This document shows positions 20,401-29,262 of a DNA stretch of 57,774 bases, piece after piece. The stretch is taken from the IMG/VR virus record IMGVR_UViG_3300010318_000003, positions 1 through 57,774 of that record. The stretch is one strand, 5' to 3'. Below the pieces are notes generated by a model, which was given only the letters and a program-made list of their open reading frames with translations, did not search any database and was not told the origin of the DNA. Made by a program: the position numbers and the translations under genes. Numbering within the stretch: position 1 is the stretch's first letter; each line of letters opens with the position of its first letter. The stretch comes from a virus (lineage: Duplodnaviria > Caudoviricetes).

Positions 20401-21685
20401 TATTAACTTTGTCGTTAATATCTATTTCTCTAAAGAACGTAGACTCATCGGTGGTGTCTATCGCGGTTTTCCAAGTACCGATGGCCGCTCCGGTGGTTTC
20501 GTCAAAGCCCGTTTGATCGTAATAGTCAATTTTTAAATGACCATTTACTTGAGCAACAAACCTAGAAAAAGTTCTATTTCCTAAATACTCTCTCTTAATG
20601 AAAAAATCGTATTTAAATCCTACGTTTCTATCCTGAGAAAGAGTTCTTATGCTATCTACAAAATTTAAGTTTCCGTCTTTTACAATTCTAAACTTCGGAT
20701 TATCTTCGCCGGAATCCCCCGGCAAACCATACTGAGTCCTACTTCTAAACTCGAAGTTATACTGACCTTCCCACCAAGACTCCGCTTCTTTCTTTACTAC
20801 AAACTCTCCTCCTTGTAAGCCTCCCAACCTATGGGATTTTTTAAAGTTAGAAACGCTAGGAATTACTTCTGCGCTGTTAAAGTTTGTAGATTCGAGAGGC
20901 TCTTTAAAGAAGGGAGGCTGGACGTTGTGGCAATATCTTTTTCTTAATTTCTTGCCAGCTGTTACAGTTTGTGCAGGAATTGGGTCAAGGGTAATAGAGG
21001 TATTGCTATCTACGCTAACGACTTTATAAATAGCATCGTCTGACTTTCTTTCATCCTCGGTGGCCCCGGTCTTAAATAATGTTTCTCCGTCAGAGTCGTA
21101 CAATACTACGAAGTCTCCAACACTTAATGTAGTATTAAGCTGTTGGCTTGTTTCTGCACCGCTTTCGTCTATAAAGAAAGTACCTGTGCCGGTAACTACT
21201 CCAGTGGTGGAGCTAATCTCTACTGTGCCAGGAAGTAAATCTCCTTCTCTAGGGACGATGTAGGTGAATTTAACTGGACCAGATCCAACAAATTCTATAC
21301 CTCTACCAGTAAAACTCTCTAGCTGAGATATTCTATCAGCGATTCTAAATCTAGGGTTAACAAGAGCAGAGCCGTCTTCTGCAGCTGTGGATCCTCCAGC
21401 TAAAGCCTGTAGATCTTCCTTTTTAATATCAAAATCGACAATGCCGTCAATAACCGTAAGGTCAGTTGCTTTAAATATACCTACCGACTCTCTTTCATCA
21501 GGAGACTGAATATCAAGCAGTACCTGGTCCAAGGCGTCCGGCTTTGACTCTAGGTCGTTTAAAGCCTGATCTCTAATAAGTCCGAAGTACTCTACCTCGG
21601 ACGTAGAAGAAACCTTTGTATTTGAAATAAGAGAGGGGGCAGTTTTGGAGATTCTGACCTTACCCCCAGGCAGTTTACCAGGCAT
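17489..21685 (-). CDS. Large putative tail/virion protein (possible PA14-like domain)
   Basis: 1398 aa; VTGTGTFF...LSVGD motif; YVPVVIRYWYG resembles the PA14 C-terminal strand; GTTTAAAG 26 nt upstream. Confidence 0.65.
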   Translation of the reverse strand: MPGKLPGGKVRISKTAPSLISNTKVSSTSEVEYFGLIRDQALNDLESKPDALDQVLLDIQSPDERESVGIFKATDLTVIDGIVDFDIKKEDLQALAGGSTAAEDGSALVNPRFRIADRISQLESFTGRGIEFVGSGPVKFTYIVPREGDLLPGTVEISSTTGVVTGTGTFFIDESGAETSQQLNTTLSVGDFVVLYDSDGETLFKTGATEDERKSDDAIYKVVSVDSNTSITLDPIPAQTVTAGKKLRKRYCHNVQPPFFKEPLESTNFNSAEVIPSVSNFKKSHRLGGLQGGEFVVKKEAESWWEGQYNFEFRSRTQYGLPGDSGEDNPKFRIVKDGNLNFVDSIRTLSQDRNVGFKYDFFIKREYLGNRTFSRFVAQVNGHLKIDYYDQTGFDETTGAAIGTWKTAIDTTDESTFFREIDINDKVNNQLGAKEIFVQGGPNYGNSSDVVATNNLFDLSDTYIDEDGNEVNKYKNNYVPVVIRYWYGQDTIDRSSSPLPIFQRTISTFDPSFAIEQVDTALGYTPEDTTTDPVTPPDGTFKYWNSFLGYYELEYDSANANWTVVSTPQESGYETNTNELTTTFEVLAFTDLDPASIPPALGASEKNLVACLESVRTFGNQPDQRRITGRRVEDPLNAGQASTDKIEFTTGTLAPSNGNKLYIIAQNIAFTVVPLDPSDILADPAEREREELFQAEAFNPNKFGNYRGSADMVAGSERFAEQNTSRVSFSDNPEYFKYKLGNRPIQNTYGPDRYDGFIKNRFTTLAGDRDYDYSHDKLLFIGRQRKQETAQDQFTGNVVQDPKPLADGEVRVPGENYTFISVEEDAAGNGGNVKISGYPTNTLAALFNTAGLDNGGKILHSGDNSNTFNNALRQNNQNINISGLQFPPSDRFDSDGDLTPTTYTINYSEVKGKNIFFPKALTTNAGGNGTHDAVTRGMISSSGLGVNEVTTGTNGRTKTNKAIFIYKFIKRNYATNSVTFSTEEEKYFIDFLLATRPNLTAGNMMISVPDPSGAPGTGNITSSALFSNFGQTLSLDDGNKLYDGALIEFYSSSDDLDNSGDQEAGEVAPFSQAYVTGYDESTETITYEVISGEANNPANGVAYAVRVYYNYFEFTSVPKKLTDSLGAFENGSVANLSEPGSNSTFQIYFVYNSGFGFSRADNGAGLSFSETLFVATPDTTPANPQITPFGTGTELPSPPSVTVTPFDFDNSATDPANPGLGGLCYPPYQTQELNLKDTVANDATLYSSAVGNYDVWFGSPQRSLLTLDEKFLQVNQEFALDFSEAERPNIVPEGAQLTGLLTLGTFPTFVADSYTHKLRVNLSPYIGAPDLVDPNNSTGLFSRTDYNAVANDNIFKDALTFSDGSAVKEAVFLFAKKDGEEGVVSGISLLTDNDPGYV

Positions 21686-21720
21686 AGTGCTGTAACTATA
21701 ATATATAGTTACTTTAAACT

Positions 21721-22452
21721 CTATGCCGCGTATAAATCCGCGTATTCTTTAATTACTGAGCGTACAAAACCTGATCTAACAATTTCATTGAATGAGAATT
21801 CAACGTGGCCCACCTCATTTAGCTTAGAAAGCCTTCTTGCAGCATCAGACAATCCATCCCTTCCGAACTTTCCGTCAAGGTCGCGCTGTACAACGTCTCC
21901 AAGTAAAGCTACTTTGCTGTCACTTCCTAATCTAGTAAGAACAGTAAGAACAGAGTGCGGGATTGCATTTTGCATTTCGTCGGCAATAATGAAACATCTT
22001 GACAAACTTCTCCCTCTGAGGTGCTCTAAAGGAACAAACTCAATGACTTTCTTTTCAATTAGATAGTCTGCCTTGCCCTTTGGCATAAATACACTTAAGG
22101 CGTCTTTAAGAGGAGCAATATGAGGAGCGGTTTTTTCATCGACCTCACCGGGCAAAAAGCCCAAACCTTGCTCGCCTACGACGTCAACGATGGGTTTTAC
22201 ATAGTAGATCTTATCGATTTCTCTTTTTTGAAGCGCTTGGCAAGCCGCATACGTAGAGAGTAGAGTTTTTGCTGTACCTGGAGGTCCTGTAAGAATCGTT
22301 AGAGTTTTTGTTTTCAAATAGTTTAACGCATCTACTTGAGATGGGTTGCGGGGCATTATGATGTTTATTTGGTCCTGTTCTCGATTCTGTGGCATATAGG
22401 ATTGTTCGGTGCGAATTTTTTGTCTGCGAGTGTTTTTAACTTTACGTGCCAT
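21721..22452 (-). CDS. phoH: PhoH-family ATPase
   Basis: GPPGTAKT Walker A, LGFLPG, HLRGRSL, IIADEMQN, LTRLG, GDVVQRD; start placed at the ATG at 22452 with GGAGA RBS. Confidence 0.93.
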   Translation of the reverse strand: MARKVKNTRRQKIRTEQSYMPQNREQDQINIIMPRNPSQVDALNYLKTKTLTILTGPPGTAKTLLSTYAACQALQKREIDKIYYVKPIVDVVGEQGLGFLPGEVDEKTAPHIAPLKDALSVFMPKGKADYLIEKKVIEFVPLEHLRGRSLSRCFIIADEMQNAIPHSVLTVLTRLGSDSKVALLGDVVQRDLDGKFGRDGLSDAARRLSKLNEVGHVEFSFNEIVRSGFVRSVIKEYADLYAA

Positions 22453-22471
22453 AGGGTCTCCATATAGCAAA

Positions 22472-22506
22472 AATCCCCGAGACACACTTCTGTGCCTAAG
22501 GGACTT
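22472..22506 (-). terminator. Stable hairpin (terminator or attenuator) upstream of phoH
   Basis: Minus strand AGUCCCUUAGGCACA-GAAG-UGUGUCUCGGGGAUU followed by U-run. Confidence 0.5.
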
Positions 22507-22568
22507 TGCTCAAACTAGTAATAAAGTGTCGGAACATTAAAATCTTTTTAATCAATGTTCATATAACT

Positions 22569-23141
22569 TTAAACCCAAGTAGAAATAGTCGCACGTTTCC
22601 AAGTGTTGCTCGCTACACAAATGTAAACAAAGTCGGTGTCCCAAGCAATGTCCCCTGTTACACCGGGGTCTGTAGCAGCTGTAGGAGGCTGGGAGGGGAG
22701 GTTAATTCTTCCTGCAACTGTAAGATCTCCAGCTTTTGACAAAGAAAGCTTAGAGGAGCCTCCTACGGTTATCTCAAGAGGCTTAGAACCGGCTCCGGAA
22801 AGAGTATCGGTGACAGTTATTTTTAAAGCCGACTGATCGACCGTATTGTCGTTCCAAGTTGTAGCAAGCTCGAGTGGTGCTGTAGGTAGCTCAAGACCTA
22901 TACCTACGTTACCTGCGGAGTAGTAAGCATTTTCTCCAGACTTGGCCCATACACCTGCCAGTTTCTTTGCGGTATCATCTGAATGGTCTACATAGTAGAT
23001 CTCTTGAAGGTTCTCGTTAAGGAAGAGCTCGCCGGGCTTGGCAAAAGTATTGTCGTTGGTATATTGGGTTTGAATATAAGCAAGGTTCTTAGTAGAATCT
23101 GAGGAAAACCTGATTCCCCACCTATGATTAGGAGTTGTCAT
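22569..23141 (-). CDS. Short tail-fibre-like protein
   Basis: PGELFLN N-terminal fibre motif, GNVGIG, C-terminal PxxATDPGxxGDIAWDxxxxYICVAxNTWKR motif. Confidence 0.7.
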   Translation of the reverse strand: MTTPNHRWGIRFSSDSTKNLAYIQTQYTNDNTFAKPGELFLNENLQEIYYVDHSDDTAKKLAGVWAKSGENAYYSAGNVGIGLELPTAPLELATTWNDNTVDQSALKITVTDTLSGAGSKPLEITVGGSSKLSLSKAGDLTVAGRINLPSQPPTAATDPGVTGDIAWDTDFVYICVASNTWKRATISTWV

Positions 23142-23219
23142 GTGACTATAACAAAATATCTAATCTAGCTTTAAACTCTAGGCTTCTATGATATAATAAT
23201 ACATATACGACATTTACTG

Positions 23220-23783
23220 ATGCTTCCAAAAATCATTGCTGTCCTAGGTCCTGATCGTGTCGGAAAAAGCACTTTTGTCAACACCAGTGAGTTTGTAATT
23301 GCAGAGTTTGCCAGCGTAGAAAAACTTCACTTCTCAGGTCCTCAGCCCCACCACAACACTCCAATTGATCAGTACATCGAGCCTCTTGATAAAATTATTA
23401 GTAAAAACTCCGCAGAGTTTATTCTTTGCGACAGAGGATTTTCTGAAGTTTGTTTTTATGAAAAGTTCAGACGGAATATCACTATCTCGGATGAGTGGGC
23501 AGTTGCCGCTGAGTCTTACTTTTGCTCTGTTAGCGAAACGATCAATATTTTGCTAATTGAAAGAACCTGGGACTGGGCCCTAGAAAACCATATTAAAGAA
23601 ATCGAAGAGCTTTTTCCTAACGCTACTAACTACTATAAGCGCAATCAGCTTCTTGTAAGAGAGGAAGAGCATAAGCAATACTATGCTTATATGAAAAATT
23701 ATCTTGAAAATGTTTCTACTCTTCCCCACCGAGTTATTCAACCCGAGCTCGGAACGTCCGTCTTGGACTACATTGTGGTTTAA
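23220..23783 (+). CDS. P-loop nucleoside-monophosphate kinase-like (thymidylate kinase-like) protein
   Basis: IIAVLGPDRVGKST Walker A and FILCDRG motif; TGxTATAAT upstream. Confidence 0.7.
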   Translation: MLPKIIAVLGPDRVGKSTFVNTSEFVIAEFASVEKLHFSGPQPHHNTPIDQYIEPLDKIISKNSAEFILCDRGFSEVCFYEKFRRNITISDEWAVAAESYFCSVSETINILLIERTWDWALENHIKEIEELFPNATNYYKRNQLLVREEEHKQYYAYMKNYLENVSTLPHRVIQPELGTSVLDYIVV

Positions 23784-23813
23784 AGATAAGTAGATTTGTT
23801 ATAAAACAATACT

Positions 23814-24545
23814 ATGGCTAATATTCTGAACGAGGGTTTGTCTCGTACCCTCGGTATTGAATTTGAATTCAAACTTAAATTACAAACTCTGCTTACAGAG
23901 TTTAAAGATAACGCAGTTGTTCAAGCTCAAGCCGGCGAAGCTGCTGCTGCAGCCGCTGCACTTACTAAGTTCGTTATTTGCGGACCTTCTATGGGCTTTG
24001 AAGCTAAGCGTAATGCTTATGCCTGCCTTGAGCAAATTGCTCTTGCTCTTCAAGCAAACGCTAATGTTCCCGCTGCTGACAAAACTGCTCTTACCTCTGA
24101 GTTAGTAAACGTTACTAAATTTGTTGGTTTAGAAGGCGAAGAAGACTTCCATTTTATGGTTGCTACATTCAACCTTTGCGAACTCATCTCTGGTATCCTC
24201 GGCGAAGTTGAAACTGAGGTTGTTGAAGGATCTGCCCCAGAAGGCGGAGTTCTTACCATCACTCTTATCGACGGTGGCTCAGGTTACACCAACGCAGCTG
24301 ATGGCGCCACAACCTTCTTCTTGGTTAGCACCGAAGATTCTGGTGGTGGTGACGGCAACGCGAATCTTGACAACGGCCTGTCTGTTGTTGCCGGAGTTGT
24401 TACGGCATCTGGCGACGAGCTTGGAGTCCCAGTTGCAGGCGCTAATTACTCGGTTGGCGATATCGTTATTATCGCTCTTGATGCGGCTGGTACACTTCCT
24501 GCTGGAGCTACTCCTGCACTTGCGGAGGTTACTCAGTTACTCTGA
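23814..24545 (+). CDS. Putative abundant structural protein
   Basis: 243 aa Ala/Gly-rich, DGGSGY motif, strong GCT/CTT codon bias, GTTTAAAG 28 nt upstream. Confidence 0.6.
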   Translation: MANILNEGLSRTLGIEFEFKLKLQTLLTEFKDNAVVQAQAGEAAAAAAALTKFVICGPSMGFEAKRNAYACLEQIALALQANANVPAADKTALTSELVNVTKFVGLEGEEDFHFMVATFNLCELISGILGEVETEVVEGSAPEGGVLTITLIDGGSGYTNAADGATTFFLVSTEDSGGGDGNANLDNGLSVVAGVVTASGDELGVPVAGANYSVGDIVIIALDAAGTLPAGATPALAEVTQLL

Positions 24546-24560
24546 TAAAAAATTAAAACT

Positions 24561-24812
24561 ATGTCAAACATTACCTTTTCTGTTGGAGAATACACTTCAG
24601 AAGATAAGACCGTTCTCGTTACCTATACTAACGAAGTCGGGCATACTCATGAGCGAAGAATTGTCCTTCCTAAAACTTCAGAAGGAGAAATTGATGCCGA
24701 GCGTTTGACATCAAGGCTGGACAATCAGCTCCAAGGATTGTATAATAAAGTCGAGGTTGGGGCAGTTACTTTTATTGATCCAAACGCGAATCCTGAGGAG
24801 CCTCCTGTTTAA
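24561..24812 (+). CDS. Hypothetical protein
   Basis: 83 aa ORF following the structural gene. Confidence 0.7.
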   Translation: MSNITFSVGEYTSEDKTVLVTYTNEVGHTHERRIVLPKTSEGEIDAERLTSRLDNQLQGLYNKVEVGAVTFIDPNANPEEPPV

Positions 24813-24834
24813 GCGCTAAACTTAATAACCTTTA

Positions 24835-24865
24835 GCCCCTGGAAGGAGATCCCTTCTGGGGGTTT
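24835..24865 (+). terminator. Hairpin/terminator overlapping the next promoter motif
   Basis: GCCCCTGGAAGGAGATCCCTTCTGGGGGTTT stem-loop. Confidence 0.45.
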
Positions 24866-24890
24866 AAAGTATATATAGCATATCGCCCTA

Positions 24891-27800
24891 ATGACTAACA
24901 GTAGTAGCTTGTACAGATGCAAGGCTCGCGTTGCATATAAGCCCTCAGGTGGCGGTGACATCGCTATTGTTTTTCCTGAAAGGCAAATTCAATCTATTGA
25001 AGCCGGGCTCGCGATGAATTGGTCTGGTTTAGTGGCAAACACCCCAAACACGGCTAATTCGCAGTTTTATAATACAGACAAAAACCAATGCAGAATCACC
25101 ATCCAAGATCCCTACCTTGAAGGGCTGGGGTGGATTTCTCTAAATGACGTTGACAGAGTTTATACTAGTATAGCTGAACAAGCCGCGGGGGAGGGAGACC
25201 TTCTTCCTAAATGTGGTCCAGGGCAAAATCCGCAAACTGACAAGTGCTTTCCTTACGCTACTCTGGATTTAAAGAGCTTTGAGCAAAGAACTGTCAATGA
25301 CGGATTTCCCTTTATTATAGTTACTCTATATTATGATATACAGGGAACAAATAGTCAAACTGTTGAGCAAACTTTTTTCTACAGATCAACAGGAATAAAT
25401 ATAACTCATGGTGTTTCTGGCGAACCGACCGTCTCTCTTACCGGGACAAACGCATTTGCCGTAAACTTTCAGGCTACTTTACAGTCAATTTATTTTGAAA
25501 AGGGAAAAAATTTAGTAGATGAGTTTAACGAAAAAACAGATATACCTAAAGCAAATTTTGAGTTAGAAGACGTTTGCTCCACTCCTGCAAATGCTTATAA
25601 GTTAGACAGAAATTACAGAATTAATAACTTAAATAGCTTAGAGCTAATGCAAAAAATGGGCTCGGCTTATAACTTTGATATTTTATCTTTGCCTACAAGA
25701 GAGTTTGCTAATAAAATTCAAATCTGTTCAAACGAAGACTCCAGTTGCCTTAGCCAAAGAGTGTTTTATCTTGGTAAGGGACTATATGAAAAATACACAA
25801 TTAACGCAAAGTATGCTGTTAGTGATTGGCAAAGAAACTCAAGTCAAGGTGCTGCCACTGGAGGTAGAACACCGGCCGACTCTGCAGTACTAGAAGCAGA
25901 AGCTGGAGATGAGTTTACGGTAGACATAAAACGTCCTAATCTTACTAAAGAACAACTAGAAAAAGTTGATCAGAGGGCTTTTCAAGATGACGGAACTCAA
26001 TTTACAAAACTAGAAGACTATAACACAGGAGACTCTACTAACGGGCTAACAGGTATAGTAACTCCTGCCTCCGCTACCTCAAAGGGTAAATTTAAAGTAA
26101 AAAAGCTAGAAAACGTAATGCTTTTTAGGCGAGCTACTGACTCTAAAAATTATTTAGGAGGAAAAATTTTAGAAGCAGGTGACGGAAGAGTCGTGATAGA
26201 GAGCGATTTTGAAATATACTTGTGCAATCGTAGCGATGAGTGTGTTAGCTCTAGAGTTCGCCAAGAATATAAAAATCTTAAGTCTATTAGCGCGAAGAAA
26301 GGGGAAACAGTAAACGTTGGAGATGAAGTGGGAGAGATCGAGCCTGATCCTCAAAAAAGAACTAAGACAAGACTCTTGCTTAAAATTGGTAGAGACTCCG
26401 GTATTAAAGAAGTTACCTTGGATCCTACAACTCTTAAGGGCATTTTAGGAACGACTATAGGTTCAACTGATCAAGACAGTAGAGAGGAAGCTCCAACAAA
26501 TGAAACAGAGCAAAGAGTAGGACAAAAAATAGGAGAAATCGGTAGCACGGGGTCCAGCACCGGACCTCACATTCACGCTCAATGGCAAGATGGCCCTAAA
26601 AGATTACAAAATATTGTTAGGGCAGACGTGGAGAGATATGTAGATATTAGGGGAGCGGTTTCCGTATCTAGTCCGTATAGGTCTGCAAGAAGACCTAACC
26701 ACACTGGTGTAGACTTATCTGGTGCTATTGGAACAGAGCTCTTTGTAAAATCCCCTGCAACTATAAGAGATGCCGATAGAGGCGTGTTGGATCCTAACGG
26801 TTATGGATTTAGTGTTGTAATTGATACACCAGAAGGCGGAATGTTATTAGGCCACTTAAAGGCCGGCTCAATACCAGCAGGCATTCCCAGCGTTGGCCGT
26901 GGGTCGGTTCCTAGTACCCCCTCAAGTGGCGTGGGTGGCGCGGAAACAAGCGGTCCTAATGCTGGTAGCAATAGCCGCTCAGGCGCTCCGTCTGGTATTA
27001 CAAAAGATGGACCCGAGCTTAAAACCAGCTTTAAAGGAGTACCTAAAGCTTTACAAATTCTTCCCGGACGCACAATTTTGTCCTTTGTAACAGATTACGA
27101 CGAGTGGATCTTAGGAAATAAATCTGGAGAAATAGACCCCGGAGTTTGGATACCTGAAAAGTACAGAAGCTGGGCAGTAGTAAAAACTGTATTTAAATGG
27201 AACTCTGGAGACTTGAGAGTTGATTTAGACTGCAGAAGAACTAACAGAAGAAATGTTCAAACCAAACTAGATTTAGTTCCTAATTTTAGAGAGCTTGCCG
27301 TAGAGAAGGGGTATGCAAACTACTACGAATATATTCGTTCTGCCGGAGACCTTTGCTACGGTGACTCTTGCCAAAAATGCAAGAAAGGCGGTGATGGTAG
27401 CCAAATTCAAAGCTCTAGCAGAAATGGCTCAAGCAACCCTGAAAACGTAGAATCAACCTACCCACGAGGAAAGTTTACGTATACATGCAACCAATACAAC
27501 AATAGTAAAGTTCAGGCTTTGCTAGATGCGGGAAGTTTTATCGGGGTAACAAACCGCATTGGTCTTGCGGGTATTGTTAGCGGGGCTTTACGAGAAAGTG
27601 GGGTTAATTTAGACCCTACAATTATAAGTGGAGTTCCTGGAGAAAACAGCCAAGGAATTTTTCAATTGAACCCAGCGGTTGGCAGATTGCAAGCCTTAAG
27701 AGCATATGCTCAAAGCCGGGGGCTAGATCCTCTTGCGTATAATACCCAAGTGCAATTCTTTGTGTTTGAATCTCAAAAATTCCCAAATTTGGTACCTGCT

Positions 27801-27953
27801 TTAAACAACGCAAGATCTCCCTTCGAAGCAGCGCAGGCCTTTGATAAAAATTACACTATCTCTGGCGACAGCAGAGTAGGTCCGAACGAGAAAGGAAACC
27901 CTGCCCGCACGCAATTTGTGATCGATATAGACAAGTGCCTTAAACCATCATGA
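24891..27953 (+). CDS. Baseplate hub-like protein with M23 peptidase and C-terminal phage tail lysozyme domain
   Basis: GSTGSSTGPHIH and HTGVDL M23 motifs; C-terminal AGIVxxxxRESG...SQGIFQ...RLQAL...TQVQF is tail-lysozyme-like; the hub assignment of the N-terminus is inference. Confidence 0.75.
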   Translation: MTNSSSLYRCKARVAYKPSGGGDIAIVFPERQIQSIEAGLAMNWSGLVANTPNTANSQFYNTDKNQCRITIQDPYLEGLGWISLNDVDRVYTSIAEQAAGEGDLLPKCGPGQNPQTDKCFPYATLDLKSFEQRTVNDGFPFIIVTLYYDIQGTNSQTVEQTFFYRSTGINITHGVSGEPTVSLTGTNAFAVNFQATLQSIYFEKGKNLVDEFNEKTDIPKANFELEDVCSTPANAYKLDRNYRINNLNSLELMQKMGSAYNFDILSLPTREFANKIQICSNEDSSCLSQRVFYLGKGLYEKYTINAKYAVSDWQRNSSQGAATGGRTPADSAVLEAEAGDEFTVDIKRPNLTKEQLEKVDQRAFQDDGTQFTKLEDYNTGDSTNGLTGIVTPASATSKGKFKVKKLENVMLFRRATDSKNYLGGKILEAGDGRVVIESDFEIYLCNRSDECVSSRVRQEYKNLKSISAKKGETVNVGDEVGEIEPDPQKRTKTRLLLKIGRDSGIKEVTLDPTTLKGILGTTIGSTDQDSREEAPTNETEQRVGQKIGEIGSTGSSTGPHIHAQWQDGPKRLQNIVRADVERYVDIRGAVSVSSPYRSARRPNHTGVDLSGAIGTELFVKSPATIRDADRGVLDPNGYGFSVVIDTPEGGMLLGHLKAGSIPAGIPSVGRGSVPSTPSSGVGGAETSGPNAGSNSRSGAPSGITKDGPELKTSFKGVPKALQILPGRTILSFVTDYDEWILGNKSGEIDPGVWIPEKYRSWAVVKTVFKWNSGDLRVDLDCRRTNRRNVQTKLDLVPNFRELAVEKGYANYYEYIRSAGDLCYGDSCQKCKKGGDGSQIQSSSRNGSSNPENVESTYPRGKFTYTCNQYNNSKVQALLDAGSFIGVTNRIGLAGIVSGALRESGVNLDPTIISGVPGENSQGIFQLNPAVGRLQALRAYAQSRGLDPLAYNTQVQFFVFESQKFPNLVPALNNARSPFEAAQAFDKNYTISGDSRVGPNEKGNPARTQFVIDIDKCLKPS

Positions 27954-28555
27954 TATATTTAGCACCCCTTGTCGGATCAATAATTTCTGCAACTTACCAA
28001 GCAGCGCAGGCAACTCTATTAAACTTAGTTAAAGAGGAAACAAAAAAACAAGTAAAGAAAGAGGCGTTAAAATCTCAGCTTTCTGCGTTTAAATCTATTG
28101 TAGCTGCAGAAGTTGCAAAAGCATATATAGAAAACGTAAAGCTAAAAGCGGAAGGATATGTTAAAGCAGTATCTGATATAGAGCTAAACGTAGAGTTTGA
28201 AAAAACAGATAAAAAAGATTTTGTATATATTGCTCAAAGAGCTCTTAAAAAACTTGAGATATATATCGAAGAGAACAATACTCAAGAGTCTCCAATTATA
28301 TCTTTTTTAAAAAGAAGATATGAAGAGGAAGGCATTCGTCAATTTACAGGAAGACTATATGCTGGGCACTTCATACAAAAAGAATCAGAAGGAGTATATA
28401 GCGTATACAATAGAATGGCGTATGCGCCTCTTGTAGATAAAAATAAGCCCTGGCTAAGTAGCGAAACTACAGCCGAGGGCATAGGAGATATTATTGCTCA
28501 AAGAGCTAGCGAAATTTTTGAAGAAGAGTTTAACCTTACCCTAGGAACCGACTAG
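27950..28555 (+). CDS. Hypothetical protein, possibly neck/tail-completion-like
   Basis: 201 aa; TGRL...VYNRMAYAP resembles the HK97 gp10-like TGxL...YA motif (weak). Confidence 0.5.
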   Translation: MIYLAPLVGSIISATYQAAQATLLNLVKEETKKQVKKEALKSQLSAFKSIVAAEVAKAYIENVKLKAEGYVKAVSDIELNVEFEKTDKKDFVYIAQRALKKLEIYIEENNTQESPIISFLKRRYEEEGIRQFTGRLYAGHFIQKESEGVYSVYNRMAYAPLVDKNKPWLSSETTAEGIGDIIAQRASEIFEEEFNLTLGTD

Positions 28556-29262
28556 CCGTAATACTTAGATCCTTTCTTTAGGTTTTCTGTAGCATTTAAA
28601 ACCTGAAGATCAGCATTCATCATATGGTAATCAAAGAAAGACTCAGATAAAGTAGTGTCTTTGAAATAACATTTTGTTCCTTTGCAATAAACGTCAACAT
28701 TCTCTAAGTCTATTTTATAGTCTCTGCAAAACTCTTCTACTATATTTTTAAAGGCATATTTATGATCTATGTGAAACTCACCTGCGTTAATTGCTTGGCC
28801 TGAAATTGCGCATTTAATTTTATGCCCTAAAGGGCCTTGCAATTGTCTTAGTACGCTTTTTCTATAAGAAACGATCTGAGGCTCTACTATTTGCCTCATG
28901 GCAACAAGTGCCTCTTTTTTATTTTGCTTATACTCAGGTATCGGAGTTGCTCTAGGAAACAACTCCTCTACGATCTTACCCTTACCTAGCCATATTTCTC
29001 TTTTAGATTTTGGTGTTATTATTACGATCCCACGCACAGCTCGCCCTTGGAACTTTTTGTTCCTAACTTTATACTTTATTCCCTCTCTTCCGTGCAAGGT
29101 CTTCCACTTCTCGATCTTGCCCACTACCTCGTGAACAAAATCGTAGTCTGGAGGTTTTACAAAGTAATTACACTCTGTATTTTTTACGACCTCGGTCCAC
29201 TTCTTCTCGAAGGCTGTTTTTGTATAGTTTTGTCCACAGACTGATATGACTTGTCTGCCCAT
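28552..29262 (-). CDS. Putative HNH-like nuclease (DCL/DUF3223-like N-terminus uncertain)
   Basis: C-terminal CAISG...FHIDH...YH...LQVLNATENLKKG beta-beta-alpha-metal pattern. Confidence 0.6.
   Translation of the reverse strand: MGRQVISVCGQNYTKTAFEKKWTEVVKNTECNYFVKPPDYDFVHEVVGKIEKWKTLHGREGIKYKVRNKKFQGRAVRGIVIITPKSKREIWLGKGKIVEELFPRATPIPEYKQNKKEALVAMRQIVEPQIVSYRKSVLRQLQGPLGHKIKCAISGQAINAGEFHIDHKYAFKNIVEEFCRDYKIDLENVDVYCKGTKCYFKDTTLSESFFDYHMMNADLQVLNATENLKKGSKYYG

Noticed and set aside
24160-24708. 182-aa Leu-rich alternative-frame ORF (also 23857..24105)
   Set aside because: A by-product of GCT/CTT/GTT codon bias in 23814..24545; no slippery site recognised
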